A stretch of DNA of 64,000 bases from Mantamonas sphyraenae STR306 (GCA_026936335.1 JAPMXV010000044.1:496001-560000), one strand, 5' to 3'; counted from the first letter of the stretch, positions 47,001 to 59,036 are shown. The notes: a model not told the origin generated them from the sequence alone. Made by a program: numbers and translations.

Positions 47001-50000
47001 CGTCGGCGGCCTGACGTTTGTGCAGGGCGACGGCGTGAGTGACGCTGTGGTGGAGTTCCAGGGCACGCTGACTGCAGTGAACGCGGCGGTGAACGGAGTG
47101 ACGTACCGTGGCAACGCGAACTACTTTGGCAGCGATGCTGTGGTGGTTAGCGTGAGCGACGGGTCGCTGAGTGTGAACGGCACGGTCGCAGTGAGCGTGA
47201 GTGCTGTGAACGACGCGCCTGTGGTGACGGTGCCTGGAGCACAGAACGTGAACGAGGACACGGACCTGACGATCACTGGTGTGAGCGTGAGCGACGTGGA
47301 CATTGGCGCAGGTGTGATGAGCGTCAACGTGAGTGTGAGCAGCGGCACGGTTGTGCCAAGCACAGTGTCTGGCAACTTGACTGCGGTGAACGCCGCGCTG
47401 GCGAGCATTGTGTACCGCGGAAACAGCGACTTTAACGGGGCGGACGTGGTGACAGTGCGTGCTGGAGACGGGCTGCTTGTGGGCGTGGGCACGATCAACG
47501 TGAACGTGGCCAACGTGAACGACGCACCGAGTGTGAGTGTGCCGAGCAGCGCGAGCGCCGCCGAGGACACGGATGTCGTGATCAACGGCATCAGCGTGAG
47601 CGACGTGGACATTGGAGCGGGCAGCCTGACGGTGAAACTGAGCGCGGGACAAGGCGTTGTGAGCCTTGCTGGCGTCGGCGGCCTGACGTTTGTGCAGGGC
47701 GACGGCGTGAGTGACGCTGTGGTGGAGTTCCAGGGCACGCTGACTGCAGTGAACGCGGCGGTGAACGGAGTGACGTACCGTGGCAACGCGAACTACTTTG
47801 GCAGCGATGCAGTGGTGGTTAGCGTGAGCGACGGGTCGCTGAGCGTGAACGGCACGATCGCAGTGAGTGTGAGTGCTGTGAACGACGCGCCTGTGGTGAC
47901 GGTGCCTGGAGCACAGACTGTGGACGAAGACACGGACCTGACGATCACTGGTGTGAGCGTGAGCGACGTGGACATCTTTGCGGGCACCATGGTCGCCAAC
48001 GTGAGCGTGGCCAATGGAGCCGTAAGCCTGGCGACGACCGCTAGTCTGACGTTTGTGCGCGGAGACGGAGTGGCAGACCCGTCGGTGGAGTTCCAAGGAA
48101 CGCTGACCGCAGTGAACGCAGCCTTGGCCAGCATTGTGTACCGCGGCGACCCGAACTGGTACGGCGTGGACAGTCTGGTTGTGCAAGCCACAGACGGCAG
48201 CGACCTGGCAACAGGCAGTGTGAACGTGTTTGTGAGCGCGGTGAACGACGCGATCAACGTGACGCACGGAGGTGTTGTGAACGGCTTTGAGGACACAGAC
48301 GTGTCGCTGAGCGGAGTGCTCGCCGTGGTGGACGTGGACAGCGGCGTGGTTGTGGTGAACGTGAGTGTGTCACAGGGAAGCGTGAGCCTGGGCACGACGA
48401 CCGGGCTTGTGTTTGTGCAGGGAGACGGGGTGGCGGACGCGTTTATGGAGATGCAAGGCGAGAAGAGCGCGATGAACACGGCGCTGAACAGCATGGTGTA
48501 CCGCGGGGCAGCCAACTGGAACGGTCTGGAAGTGATGACCATTGGAGCGCGCGATGTGAACGGCAGCAGCGTTGTGGTGTACCAAAGTGTGAACATCGCT
48601 GCAGTGAACGACGCACCGAGCGTGAGTGTGCCGAGCAGTGCGAGCGCGGCCGAGGACACGGATGTCGTGATCAACGGCATCAGCGTGAGCGACGTGGACA
48701 TTGGAGCGGGCAGCCTGACGGTGAAGCTGAGCGCAGGACAGGGCGTTGTGAGCCTTGCTGGCGTCGGCGGCCTGACGTTTGTGCAGGGCGACGGCGTGAG
48801 TGACGCTGTGGTGGAGTTCCAGGGCACGCTGACTGCAGTGAACGCGGCGGTGAACGGAGTGACGTACCGTGGCAACGCGAACTACTTTGGCAGCGATGCT
48901 GTGGTGGTTAGCGTGAGCGACGGGTCGCTGAGTGTGAACGGCACGGTCGCAGTGAGCGTGAGTGCTGTGAACGACGCGCCTGTGGTGACGGTGCCTGGAG
49001 CACAGAACGTGAACGAGGACACGGACCTGACGATCACTGGTGTGAGCGTGAGCGACGTGGACATTGGCGCAGGTGTGATGAGCGTCAACGTGAGTGTGAG
49101 CAGCGGCACGGTTGTGCCGAGCACAGTGTCTGGCAACTTGACTGCGGTGAACGCCGCGCTGGCGAGCATTGTGTACCGCGGAAACAGCGACTTTAACGGG
49201 GCGGACGTGGTGACAGTGCGTGCTGGAGACGGACTGCTTGTGGGCGTGGGCACGATCAACGTGAACGTGGCCAACGTGAACGACGCACCGAGTGTGAGTG
49301 TGCCGAGCAGCGCGAGCGCCGCCGAGGACACGGATGTCGTGATCAACGGCATCAGCGTGAGCGACGTGGACATTGGAGCGGGCAGCCTGACGGTGAAACT
49401 GAGCGCAGGACAGGGCGTTGTGAGCCTTGCTGGCGTCGGCGGCCTGACGTTTGTGCAGGGCGACGGCGTGAGTGACGCTGTGGTGGAGTTCCAGGGCACG
49501 CTGACTGCAGTGAACGCGGCGGTGAACGGAGTGACGTACCGTGGCAACGCGAACTACTTTGGCAGCGATGCTGTGGTGGTTAGCGTGAGCGACGGGTCGC
49601 TGAGTGTGAACGGCACGGTCGCAGTGAGCGTGAGTGCTGTGAACGACGCGCCTGTGGTGACGGTGCCTGGAGCACAGAACGTGAACGAGGACACGGACCT
49701 GACGATCACTGGTGTGAGCGTGAGCGACGTGGACATTGGCGCAGGTGTGATGAGCGTCAACGTGAGCGTGAGCAGTGGCACGGTCGTGCCGAGCACAGTG
49801 TCTGGCAACTTGACTGCGGTGAACGCCGCGCTGGCGAGCATTGTGTACCGCGGAAACAGCGACTTTAACGGGGCGGACGTGGTGACAGTGCGTGCTGGAG
49901 ACGGACTGCTTGTGGGCGTGGGCACGATCAACGTGAACGTGGCCAACGTGAACGACGCACCGAGTGTGAGTGTGCCGAGCAGCGCGAGCGCCGCCGAGGA

Positions 50001-53000
50001 CACGGATGTCGTGATCAACGGCATCAGCGTGAGCGACGTGGACATTGGAGCGGGCAGCCTGACGGTGAAGCTGAGCGCAGGACAGGGCGTTGTGAGCCTT
50101 GCTGGCGTCGGCGGCCTGACGTTTGTGCAGGGCGACGGCGTGAGTGACGCTGTGGTGGAGTTCCAGGGCACGCTGACTGCAGTGAACGCGGCGGTGAACG
50201 GAGTGACGTACCGTGGCAACGCGAACTACTTTGGCAGCGATGCAGTGGTGGTTAGCGTGAGCGACGGGTCGCTGAGTGTGAACGGCACGACCGCAGTGAG
50301 CGTGAGTGCTGTGAACGACGCGCCTGTGGTGACGGTGCCTGGAGCACAGACTGTGGACGAAGACACGGATCTGACGATCACTGGTGTGAGCGTGAGCGAC
50401 GTGGACATTGGCGCAGGTGTGATGAGCGTCAACGTGAGCGTGAGCAGCGGCACGGTTGTGCCGAGCACAACTACTGGTACACTCACGGCGGTGAACGCCG
50501 CGCTGGCGAGCATTGTGTACCGCGGAAACAGCGACTTTAACGGGGCGGACGTGGTGACAGTGCGTGCTGGAGACGGATTGCTTGTGGGCGTGGGCACGAT
50601 CAACGTGATTGTCAACGCAAACAACGACCAAATCGGCATTGACGTGCCACTGGCCCAGACCGTTGCCGAGGACACCAACCTTGTGTTGCCAGCGATCAAC
50701 GTGACCGATGTGGACATCGGAGCCAACAACATGGAGGTGACGTTGAACGTGACATCTGGCACGATTGTGCTGGCTCAGACGACCGGGTTGACGTTCTCTC
50801 AAGGGGATGGCACTACCCCGAGTTCGGTGCAGCAGTTCCTCGGCTCGTTGACAAACAGCCGTGCAGCTCTGAGTGGAGTGACCTACCGAGGCGCGCTGAA
50901 CTATTTTGGTGCAGACGCACTCGTGGTGACTGTAAACGACCAAGGTTCCGTTGGATCGGGAGGTACCACCGTGGCTTCCAAGACGGTGGCCATCACGGTG
51001 ACTCCTGTGAACGACGAACCGTTGGCCGAGGACTCGAAGTGGGAGGTGGACGAAGACAAGTGGGTGCTGGTGCAGCTCAACGGAACAGACGTGGAAACTC
51101 CATCGACGTCGTTGACGGCCATCATTCGCACGCTGCCTGCTCGCGGCCGACTGTTCCAAAGCACTGCAGCTGGAACCAAGGGTGCACAGATCGTCGGCGC
51201 GCACACTGCGGTGAGCGATGCGCAGCGACGGGTGATCTACCAGCCGGACGGCGCGAGTGGTACTGGCAGCTTCTTTGCTCTGTTCGATTTTGCGGTCGTG
51301 GATAGCGGAGCACTGGCAAGTTCGGTGTACGGAAGGGTCAACGTATCTGTGGTGGCTCTTCCTGCCGGCCCAGCCATTGTGAGCGCGGTGTGGCGTGATC
51401 CGGCAAACGACGACATTGTGCTGGATGTGAACGACACGTTGCGCGTGTGTTTTGACGTGGCCACAAATCAGCCCACACTGATTGACAAGAGTGCTGTGGA
51501 CGCGGTGTTTGCATTTAACGTGGGCAGTGCATACAGTGGCTCGTGGGTGACCGAGTCGTGTGCCGACCTGCGCGTCGAGGCGTTGGCCGGTGCGTACAGC
51601 GTGAACCTGGGAGTGGACACGGTGAGTGTGGTCGGATTGCTGCGTAATGCAGCGGAGCGCACGCTTGTGTCGAACAGCTCTCGTGTGGTGGGAGGCAACT
51701 TGGGAACCAAGAGTGGCCCTTCGCTGATGAGCGTGTATGGCGAGGATCCGGGCAACCGCGACAACGAGTGGAGCGTGGGTGACACGGTTGTGCTTGTGTT
51801 TAGCGAGGCGACAAACGAGGTGAACGTGAGCACGCAGGCGCAGGTGGACGCCGTGGTTCGTTTCGACGGGGGCGTGCTTGGAAGTGCGTACCATGGATCG
51901 TGGCGAAACAACCGCACGCTGGTGATTACGATTGACGCGCTGCACGGTGGTGCTGCGCCTGTACTGAGTGCACTGAACGTGACCATGCTTGCTGGTGGCG
52001 ATGTGCGCGCCGGCGACGCTGGATCGTCGCTTCCCTCTACGGCGACGTTTACGGGAGTGGGCGGCACGTTTGGCACGTATGACCCACAGTGGGTGCTTCT
52101 GGTTGCAGTGAACGCGAAAACGCTTCACGTGTACATGAACATGCCCACGAAGTTTGAGCCTGTGGCAACCAAGGCACAGGTGGACGCGTTCTTGCGACCG
52201 CCGTTGGCCCTGCTGTCGAACTTTACCGGGTACAATGGTACGTGGCTGAACAGCACGGTGCTGGTGCTGAACGTGACCGAGACGATTCCTGTGATCCCTG
52301 GACTCGTGGTTACGCCAACGCTGCCGCCTGGACCCAAGATCACGCTGTTGGAGACGTCTGATCCGGACGACGCGGACGCGGTGCACGGTGTGGGCGATGT
52401 GATCAGCATCTACTTTGATGTGGCCACGAACCAACCTACGGTTGCGACGAAGCCGGATCTGGACTCGCTGTTTGCGTTTTCGCAACCGTTGGGTGCAGAC
52501 TACACCGGTGTATGGCGCAACGCGAGCGTACTGGACATTACGGTGGTGTCGATGGTGGGCACGCCGTCGATGGACTTGATCACCAACGTGCTGAACCTGA
52601 CTGTGACGGGCAACATTCTGACTGCCGACTCTTTCAGTTCGAGCAGCGCAGGTGTGGCAAGTGCGTCTGCGGTGGGCTCATGGGGCTCGCTGCCTGGACC
52701 GAACGTGACAGTGGCCGAGTTCAAGGACGACGGCAACAGCAACGCTGTGTACGACCTGAACGACTACCTCGAAATCCAGTTTGACCGCAACACGAACCGA
52801 CCTGCCATGAGCAACAAGGCGGCAGTTGACTCGCACATCACTTTCTCGCAAGAGATTGGACGCAACTACCGCGGCGTGTGGGCAAACGCACGTACGCTGC
52901 AAATCCGCCTGACCGAGCTTGGCACGACTGTGCCTACGCTGCGCAGCGCGACATCTGGTAGCAGTGTGGTGCAGCGCAGTGGCACCGGACCCTTGCGCGT

Positions 53001-56000
53001 GGAGGTTGTGGGAGACATCCGCAACGACCTGGGGACGTCGCTGCCTGCGCGTGGATCGCTGGTTGTGGGAGGAAACTTTGGCACGCTTGCGGGACCGTGT
53101 GTGACACGTCTTGTGGCGGAGGATTTGGACAACAAGGACAACACCTACGGTAACGGCGATGCACTGGTACTTGTGTTTAGCGAAGCGACGAATCAGCCGC
53201 CGGTTGGAAGCAAGAGCGCAGTGGACGCGCTGATGACCTTTTCGCAGCCGATTGGCAGTGATTACGTGGGCAAGTGGCGCAACGCGAGTGCTCTGGAGAT
53301 TGAACTGGTGGACACGGCGGGTGTGAGCTCTGCACCGTCGCTTGGGGTGCTTACGGTGACGCTTGTGAGCGGGATCCGGAACGCTGCAGAGACGTCGCTT
53401 GTGAGCGCATGCGTGTCGCCGACACTGGTTGGCAACTGGGGCACGTTTATTCCGCCGCCCGTGGTGCCGCCTGTGTGCCCGGAGTACTTCTGGGTGCTGA
53501 TTGGCGTGTTTCTGTTGGGACTGGTGGTGAGCCAAGCGTGGTTCTACCAGCGTGCTGCAACTCGCAAGAAGCTGCTCGAGGCGTTGCGAGGACGCGAGAA
53601 GATGAAGGTGGTGGACATGTTTGGTGTGATGCCACGTGAGGTGGACAGCGACAGCGACGAGGGAGACAGCGACCGTGAGAGTGGAGAAAGCAGCAGCGAG
53701 GGAGAGCGTTCGCGCACGGTGGGACATCGTGTGATGGGCAAGAACAAGGTGGGCCCAGCAGAGAGCGTGGTGGCACAGAGCCTTAAGAAGCAGGCAGTGG
53801 CGGAAGACAAGGCCGTGTTCAGGATGAAGGAGCGGCTGGGCTTTGTGCTGGAGCTTGTGTTTGGCGGGCTTGGGTGCACGTTCTGCGTGCTGTGTGAGAT
53901 CTGGTGGGTGGTGCCAATTGTGATTGTGGAGATGATTCTGTACTGGCTGGTGTACTACTGGCAATTCAAGCGATCGAACCAGGTTGCTGCGGAGGTGCTG
54001 CTCGCGGAGGAGAAGGAGAAGGTTGTTGCTGAAGAGAGGAAGCCGAGCGCGGCTATGGAGAAGCCGCTGAGCCAAACAAAGGGCGAGATGATGGCGATGG
54101 AGCTGAGCGACAGCAGCGACGAGGAGGAAGCGCAGGCAGTTGAGGTGTCGCTGAGGCGGGAATCAGACGGGTACGTGCCCAAGATCCCGAACATGCTGCC
54201 GATGCTGAAGGCTGCCAAGAGAATGCGTCCGGAAAGGAGCACGGGAAGCAGCGGGGAAGACCCGGAGCTGCCGAGTGTACCGACTTTGCCGTCGCTGGGC
54301 AACGAATGGAGTGGATCAGAGGACGATCAGGAGGGCCTGACACCAGCGGCGTTGGCAGCGTTGAACGCAAACAAGAACGTGAGCGCTGGCGGGCGCGTGG
54401 CGGCGGTGCCGTCGATGCCGCAGCTTGTGCGCCTGGCGACGAACCCGAAGCTGCGCAACAAGCCGAGTGCACCGAGCAAGGGCGAGCGCAAGGGGAAGAA
54501 GGGAAGGAAGGGAAGGAAGAAGGGCGGCAAGAAGAGCGGAGCTGGTGGGGAGTTTGCCGGGCTGGGGATGGACATGCGGCCGCCGAGTGACGACAGCGAC
54601 AGCGGAGCAAGCAGCTCGTCGGAGGACGAGGGAGTGCCTCGCTTGCCGCAGATCCCGACGCTTGCGAGCAGGTCGAGCAGCAGCACAAGCAGCAGGAGCC
54701 GCGAGAGCGTGGAAGGAATGACAGTGGACGGAGGTGTGAATCTGCCTTCTCTGCCAAAGGGAATGCGTGGAGCGTACAAGGGCAAGATGAAGGGCAAGAT
54801 GGTTCCGCTGCCACCGCCTCCGGGCAAGGGAAGCGTGGGCGGAAGTGCGACGCTTGCTGGGGCCGGATCTGTTGTGGGCAGCTATGGCAAGGAGGAAATG
54901 CGTACGATTGAGATCCGTGAGCCAAGGAGCGGTGGAATGGACAGCGGAGTGCTGCCGTCGATGCCAGCCAACGCGAGCGGACACGACTTGAGGATGGACG
55001 GTTACTTGCAGGCGTTGTTCCGAGAGGATTACGAGACGAGCGAAGACCAGGCTGCGGAGGAGGTTACGCTGGAGAAGGGAGTGGTGCGTGAGGAGTTTGA
55101 AGATGAGATGGCGATGGCAGCTGGGGTTGGAGCCGGGTCCGGGGGAGCCGGAGGGGTTGAAGGATTGCGCAAGCACGGGGAAGGAAAGGAAGGGGAAGAG
55201 GGAGAGGAGGAGGAAGGTGAAGATGGTGCAGCGTACGAGGAGGAGGAGGAGGGAGAGGAGGAGGGAGAGGAAGGCGAGGAGGGAGAGGAGAAGACTGAAA
55301 AGGAGAAGAGCGTGCTGCTGAACCGGGTGAGGAACAGGCGTGTGGGAAGCATGATGAAGGGCAAGGGACCGCTGAGGAACAGGAGGTTGGAGGGAGTGCA
55401 GGGTGGAGCAAGGGCACGCGGAGTGAGCAGCGGACAGATGAGCTTCATGAAGTTTGGTGGATCGAGCGCGAACCTGACGGGAGCAAGCCGACGAGCGGAG
55501 GCCAAGAGGAGGATTGAGGCAGCGGAGAGTAAGTGGATTGGGCTGATGGAGACGATGAGCATGCAGACGAGCAGCGAGCGTGAAGAGACGAACAAGCCGA
55601 GGCTGGAGGTGAGCTCGAAGTTGAGGAGGTTGGTGTCGACGGCGGTGATGCGAGCGGAGGTGGTGACGAGCAAGACGGAGAAGGATGTGGTTGCGATTGT
55701 GAGGAACACGTACGACGGAAAGAGCAACAGTGACCTGTTTGAGAGCAGCAGCTCGAACGCGGAAAAGGTGAAACGACTGCCGGACTTTGTGTACGACACG
55801 CTGCGCGTGGAATTTGGAACGAAGAAGGCGACAGAAACGGAGCTGTGGAAGCTGATTGTGGCGCTGACGGAGCTGAGGAAGCAGAACGCAGAGCTGGACA
55901 TGTTTAGCGAGTTCCTGGAGGAGAGCCGTACGCTGGATGAGCTTGTGTTTTTCCTGTATGTGAGGACGGTTGTGCTGAACACGTTTACAGGCGTGCTGGT

Positions 56001-56583
56001 GCCGACCAACTCGTCGCTGTGCATGCCTGAGTACATCTGTATGAAGCGTGCAGCGGCGGTTGTGAAGCGAGTGCTGGGCTTCCAGAGCGCGTCGGGTCAG
56101 TACGACTTTTTGAGGCGGGTGATGGAGCAGAGCGTGTCGCTGAAGGACGAAGAGGTGAAGAAGAGCGTGTACATGCCTGCCGGAAAGGATGTGGCGTGGG
56201 CAGAGAGTCAGGACGACGAGCTGCCGCAGAACAGGCGTGTGGCGCTGGTGAAGTTTGAGACGATGCTGCTGGAGGAGTACGACGGAATCCAGAAGAGGCA
56301 TAGGGAGCGTCTGTCGATGGCGTTTGACCAGATCGACGTGAACGGAGACGGCGAGCTGGACGTGGAGGAGTTTGCGGCGGTGTGCCGTGCGATTGACGAG
56401 AACATGGAGGAAGAGAAGATGGAGCAGATGTACTCTGAGGGCACGGACGGTGGGACGCGTGTGATGGACCGCGAGCAGTACGACCGTGTGACGTGCAAGG
56501 TGTTGCTGCGGGAGTTGATTCTGGCAGATGTGCGTGCAGCTGGAGTTGGGAGGAGCGGAGGCGAGCGGATGAAGCGAGGATGA
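26076..56583 (+). CDS. Giant (~10,008 aa) cell-surface adhesin/receptor: signal peptide, LamG/concanavalin-like, EGF, unknown beta domain, 2 PSI, multiple EGF, ~60 cadherin-like (NDAP) repeats, ~6 second-type repeats, 3 TM, cytosolic low-complexity region, helical domain and EF-hand; exons 26076-26175, 26379-27188, 27467-56583
   Basis: Signal peptide MLRARVPGVYALILLCVCTFLSSPASA. Two phase-1 introns (GTAAGC..CACAG and GTCAGT..CACAG) join it in frame to ORF 27520..56583, giving 30,027 nt. Repeats have the signature NDAP...EDT...V(S/T)DVD...Y..NFNG.D. TM segments at ~53482-53550 and ~53836-53967. EF-hand DVNGDGELDVEE. Confidence 0.9.
45448..50620 (+). repeat. Near-identical intragenic higher-order tandem repeat: 2,433-bp unit x2 plus a partial copy, each unit = X(363)-Y(363)-A(363)-B(309)-A-B-A with an inner 672-bp period
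   Basis: The unit start aacgacgcgcctgtggtgacggtgcctggagcacagactgtggacgaag recurs at 45448, 47881 and 50314. Identical 221-aa antisense ORFs recur every 672 bp (46449/47121; 48882/49554). Confidence 0.93.
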
Positions 56584-56634
56584 TGACAGGGACAGGAGGA
56601 GTGAAAGAAATGGAGAAGGGATTTGTCCGCTGAC

Positions 56635-56652
56635 GGTGTGTGTGTGTGTGTG
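56635..56652. repeat. (GT)n microsatellite just downstream of the giant gene
   Basis: gtgtgtgtgtgtgtgtg is directly visible. Confidence 0.75.
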
Positions 56653-56897
56653 CGGCAGTGAGGCCAAGTTGAAAACAAAGAGTGCGTGCTCGGGGATGGT
56701 GGTGGGTGATGTGAATGAGACAGATGGTGGAGGAGTGGCCAAAAGGAGGGATAGGAGTGTGTGTGGGGCGGGAGGGGCAAGGATGGATGTTGGCTGTTGG
56801 GGCAAAGGGAGGGAGGGCTGGGGGTTGTGTTTTTGGAGCGTGGCGGCAACGGCTCTCTGACACCGAGAGTTTTTTCGTGGACACACAGCACTGGAAG

Positions 56898-57840
56898 ATG
56901 CGAACTATTGTGTTGATTACGGTTGCGCTGGTGGTGTGCTCTGCATTTGCTGCCAAGACATGCACAAAGGCAAACGATTGCGCGAGTGTAGGTTGAGAGA
57001 GACGAAGGCGAGGGAAGGGGCGCGGGGAAAATTGTGCGGGGCTGCATCCTGGTGGTGGGAGGGGTTCGGAGGGAGGGTGCGGGTGAAGGGATGTGTTTGG
57101 AGACGGGAGGGTTTGAGGATGGGCAGTAGAGGGAAAGGGCGGGGCTGTGGAAGTCAGGAAAGGGAGGTGGGATTGGGGTATGGAAGAAAGGCTGGGGGAG
57201 GGGAGAGCGGGGGGCGGGGAACGGTCAAAACGGGTGTTTGTGGGAAGGTGCGGTTGCTCACACACCGAGATGGTTGTTGGACCGGGCCGGGCACACACAG
57301 GAGGCAAACGGAGCACAGAACTGCGTGCTGGACAGGAGCAGCAACGCAAACAGCACGACGCTGGGTTGCCTGGAGTGCGACCCGACTGACGCAAACAAGG
57401 ATTGCTTCTGCGGACTGAGCGAGATTTGCTACAACGTGCCGGGCGACAGCAAGTGGGGCACGTGCCAACCTGCCAACCTGACGATGATCGGCAAGCAGTG
57501 CGACCCTGCGGTGACTGCAGCCAATTTGGACAAGGATACAAACACGCTTGCGTTCTGCGGCGCAACGGAGATCAAGGAGAACAAGCTGTACGTGCAGTGG
57601 TCTGGAGCGTGCGTCAGCAACGTGTGCCAGCGCTGCACAGTGGGCGGCACGGCATGCACTATCACGGACGGCGACAGGCGCACGTGCCCGAACGGTGACG
57701 GATATGTGGACAACGTTGGGGGCGTGACGGGCTGGGCTGCGCTGGGAAGCAACGTGCCGTCGTTCTTTTCCTTCCTGTATGCTCTGGTGCTGATCCCCGT
57801 GGCAGCCGTGCTGTGCTTCAAGACAGTCAAGACTGCTTGA
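56898..57840 (+). CDS. Cys-rich (16-Cys) type I membrane protein, paralog A (alpha type); exons 56898-56987, 57301-57840
   Basis: Signal peptide + KTCTKANDCAS | EANGAQNC...FCG...VQWSGACVSNVCQRC...TM...KTVKTA. Phase-0 intron GTAGGT..CACAG. Confidence 0.85.
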
Positions 57841-57949
57841 GCGGAAAGTGGGTCTGAAGAGGCGCGGAGGGAAAGGAGGAGGAGAGGATTGCGCGGATGC
57901 GTCGGCGACGCAAATCAAATTTTTCTTTTGAAGGAAAGCGAACAACAAC

Positions 57950-59036
57950 ATGCAGGCAAAGTTGGTTATGTGTGTGGTCCTTGTGGCCGTGGTTGCGTTT
58001 GCAAGCGCAAAGGAGTGCAAGAACCCCAACGAGTGCGGTAGCGAGGCAGGGATGCCGATCTGTGCGACGGACTACTCGTCGTCGACGAACGCCACCAAGT
58101 CGAAGTGCATGCAGTGCAACCCCGCGGCTGCGTCGAAGGATTGCCAGTGCGGCATCAACATGGTTTGCTGGAACGTGCGCGGCGATGTAAGTTTTTCCAA
58201 CGGACTGCGCGGGAAGGCGCGCGGAGGCGAGGGAGTGTGTGGGAGTGGGAAGGGAGGAGCGTGGGTGTGTTGAGGAGAGAGAGGGAGTGTGGGGGTAGGA
58301 GGAGACTTTAGTCGTGGGATGGAGAGGCGGTGGAGGTGAAGAGGAGGGAGCGGAGGGGGAGTGGGGAAGGCGGCACAAAAAACGCGCACGTGGTCGGGGA
58401 TGCACTGCAGTGCAAAGGGCGACCAGGCGCGTGCGAGAGGAGGCAGGAGTGGCAACAGGGCCAGGGAGATGCGGGTGGGGATGTGAGGAGGGAGACGGAA
58501 GTGGTGACAAGGATGTGGGGTGTGGGGTGTGGTTGTGTGGCGTGGCGTGGAGAGGCAGAGGCACACAACGGCTAGTGCGAGGCGGCCCTCCGGTTTCGGG
58601 AAACAAGAGCGGAAAAAGGTGTGACTAACACGCAACTCGGGGCACACGCGTACAGAGCGACTACGGCATGTGCAAGGCGGCCGACACGGCGATGGTGGGC
58701 CAGGCGTGCTCTCCGCTGGTGAACGCAGCGAACCTGAAGAAGGACGAGAACGAGAAGCTGTTCTGCGGCCAGGCTGTGGAGAAGGAGAGCAAGTACTACG
58801 TTGTGTGGAGCGGCAGCTGTGTGCAGGGCACTTGCCAGAGGTGTGAGGTGGAGAGCACAGCCGGATGCGGGGACAACAGGCGCTGCAACGACGGCAGCGG
58901 GTACTCGACGTACTTTGCAGGCCCGTTCTCGTGGTCGCTGCTGGGTGCGAACGCTCTGTCGTTTACCATGTTTGTGACGTTCCCGTTTGTGGCGGTTGCT
59001 TCCATCGCGTATGCCATCAAGGTGTGCCGCGGCTGA
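57950..59036 (+). CDS. Cys-rich (16-Cys) type I membrane protein, paralog B (beta type); exons 57950-58186, 58656-59036
   Basis: MQAKLVMCVVLVAVVAFASA-KECKNPNEC...CWNVRGD | SDYGMC...NLKKDENEKLFCG...WSGSCVQGTCQRC...TM. Intron GTAAGT..GACTAAC..TACAG. Confidence 0.87.

Noticed and set aside
45448-50620. Possible CRISPR array, satellite or transposon
   Set aside because: The units are in-frame protein domains of 309-363 bp with no spacers, terminal repeats, cas genes or transposase/RT motifs.
29700-51360. Bacterial contamination or chimeric contig
   Set aside because: The repeats are in frame with a spliced eukaryotic N-terminus (EGF/PSI) and a TM/EF-hand tail, carry many N-glycosylation sequons and are flanked by intron-containing eukaryotic genes. 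Long reads would settle it.
27394-56886. Many long antisense ORFs opposite the giant gene (e.g. 48370..52485, 45937..48267, 54316..56886) and 59092..61059 opposite TFIP11
   Set aside because: Shadow ORFs from GC-rich biased codon usage and the tandem repeats; His/Arg-rich translations with no recognisable domains.
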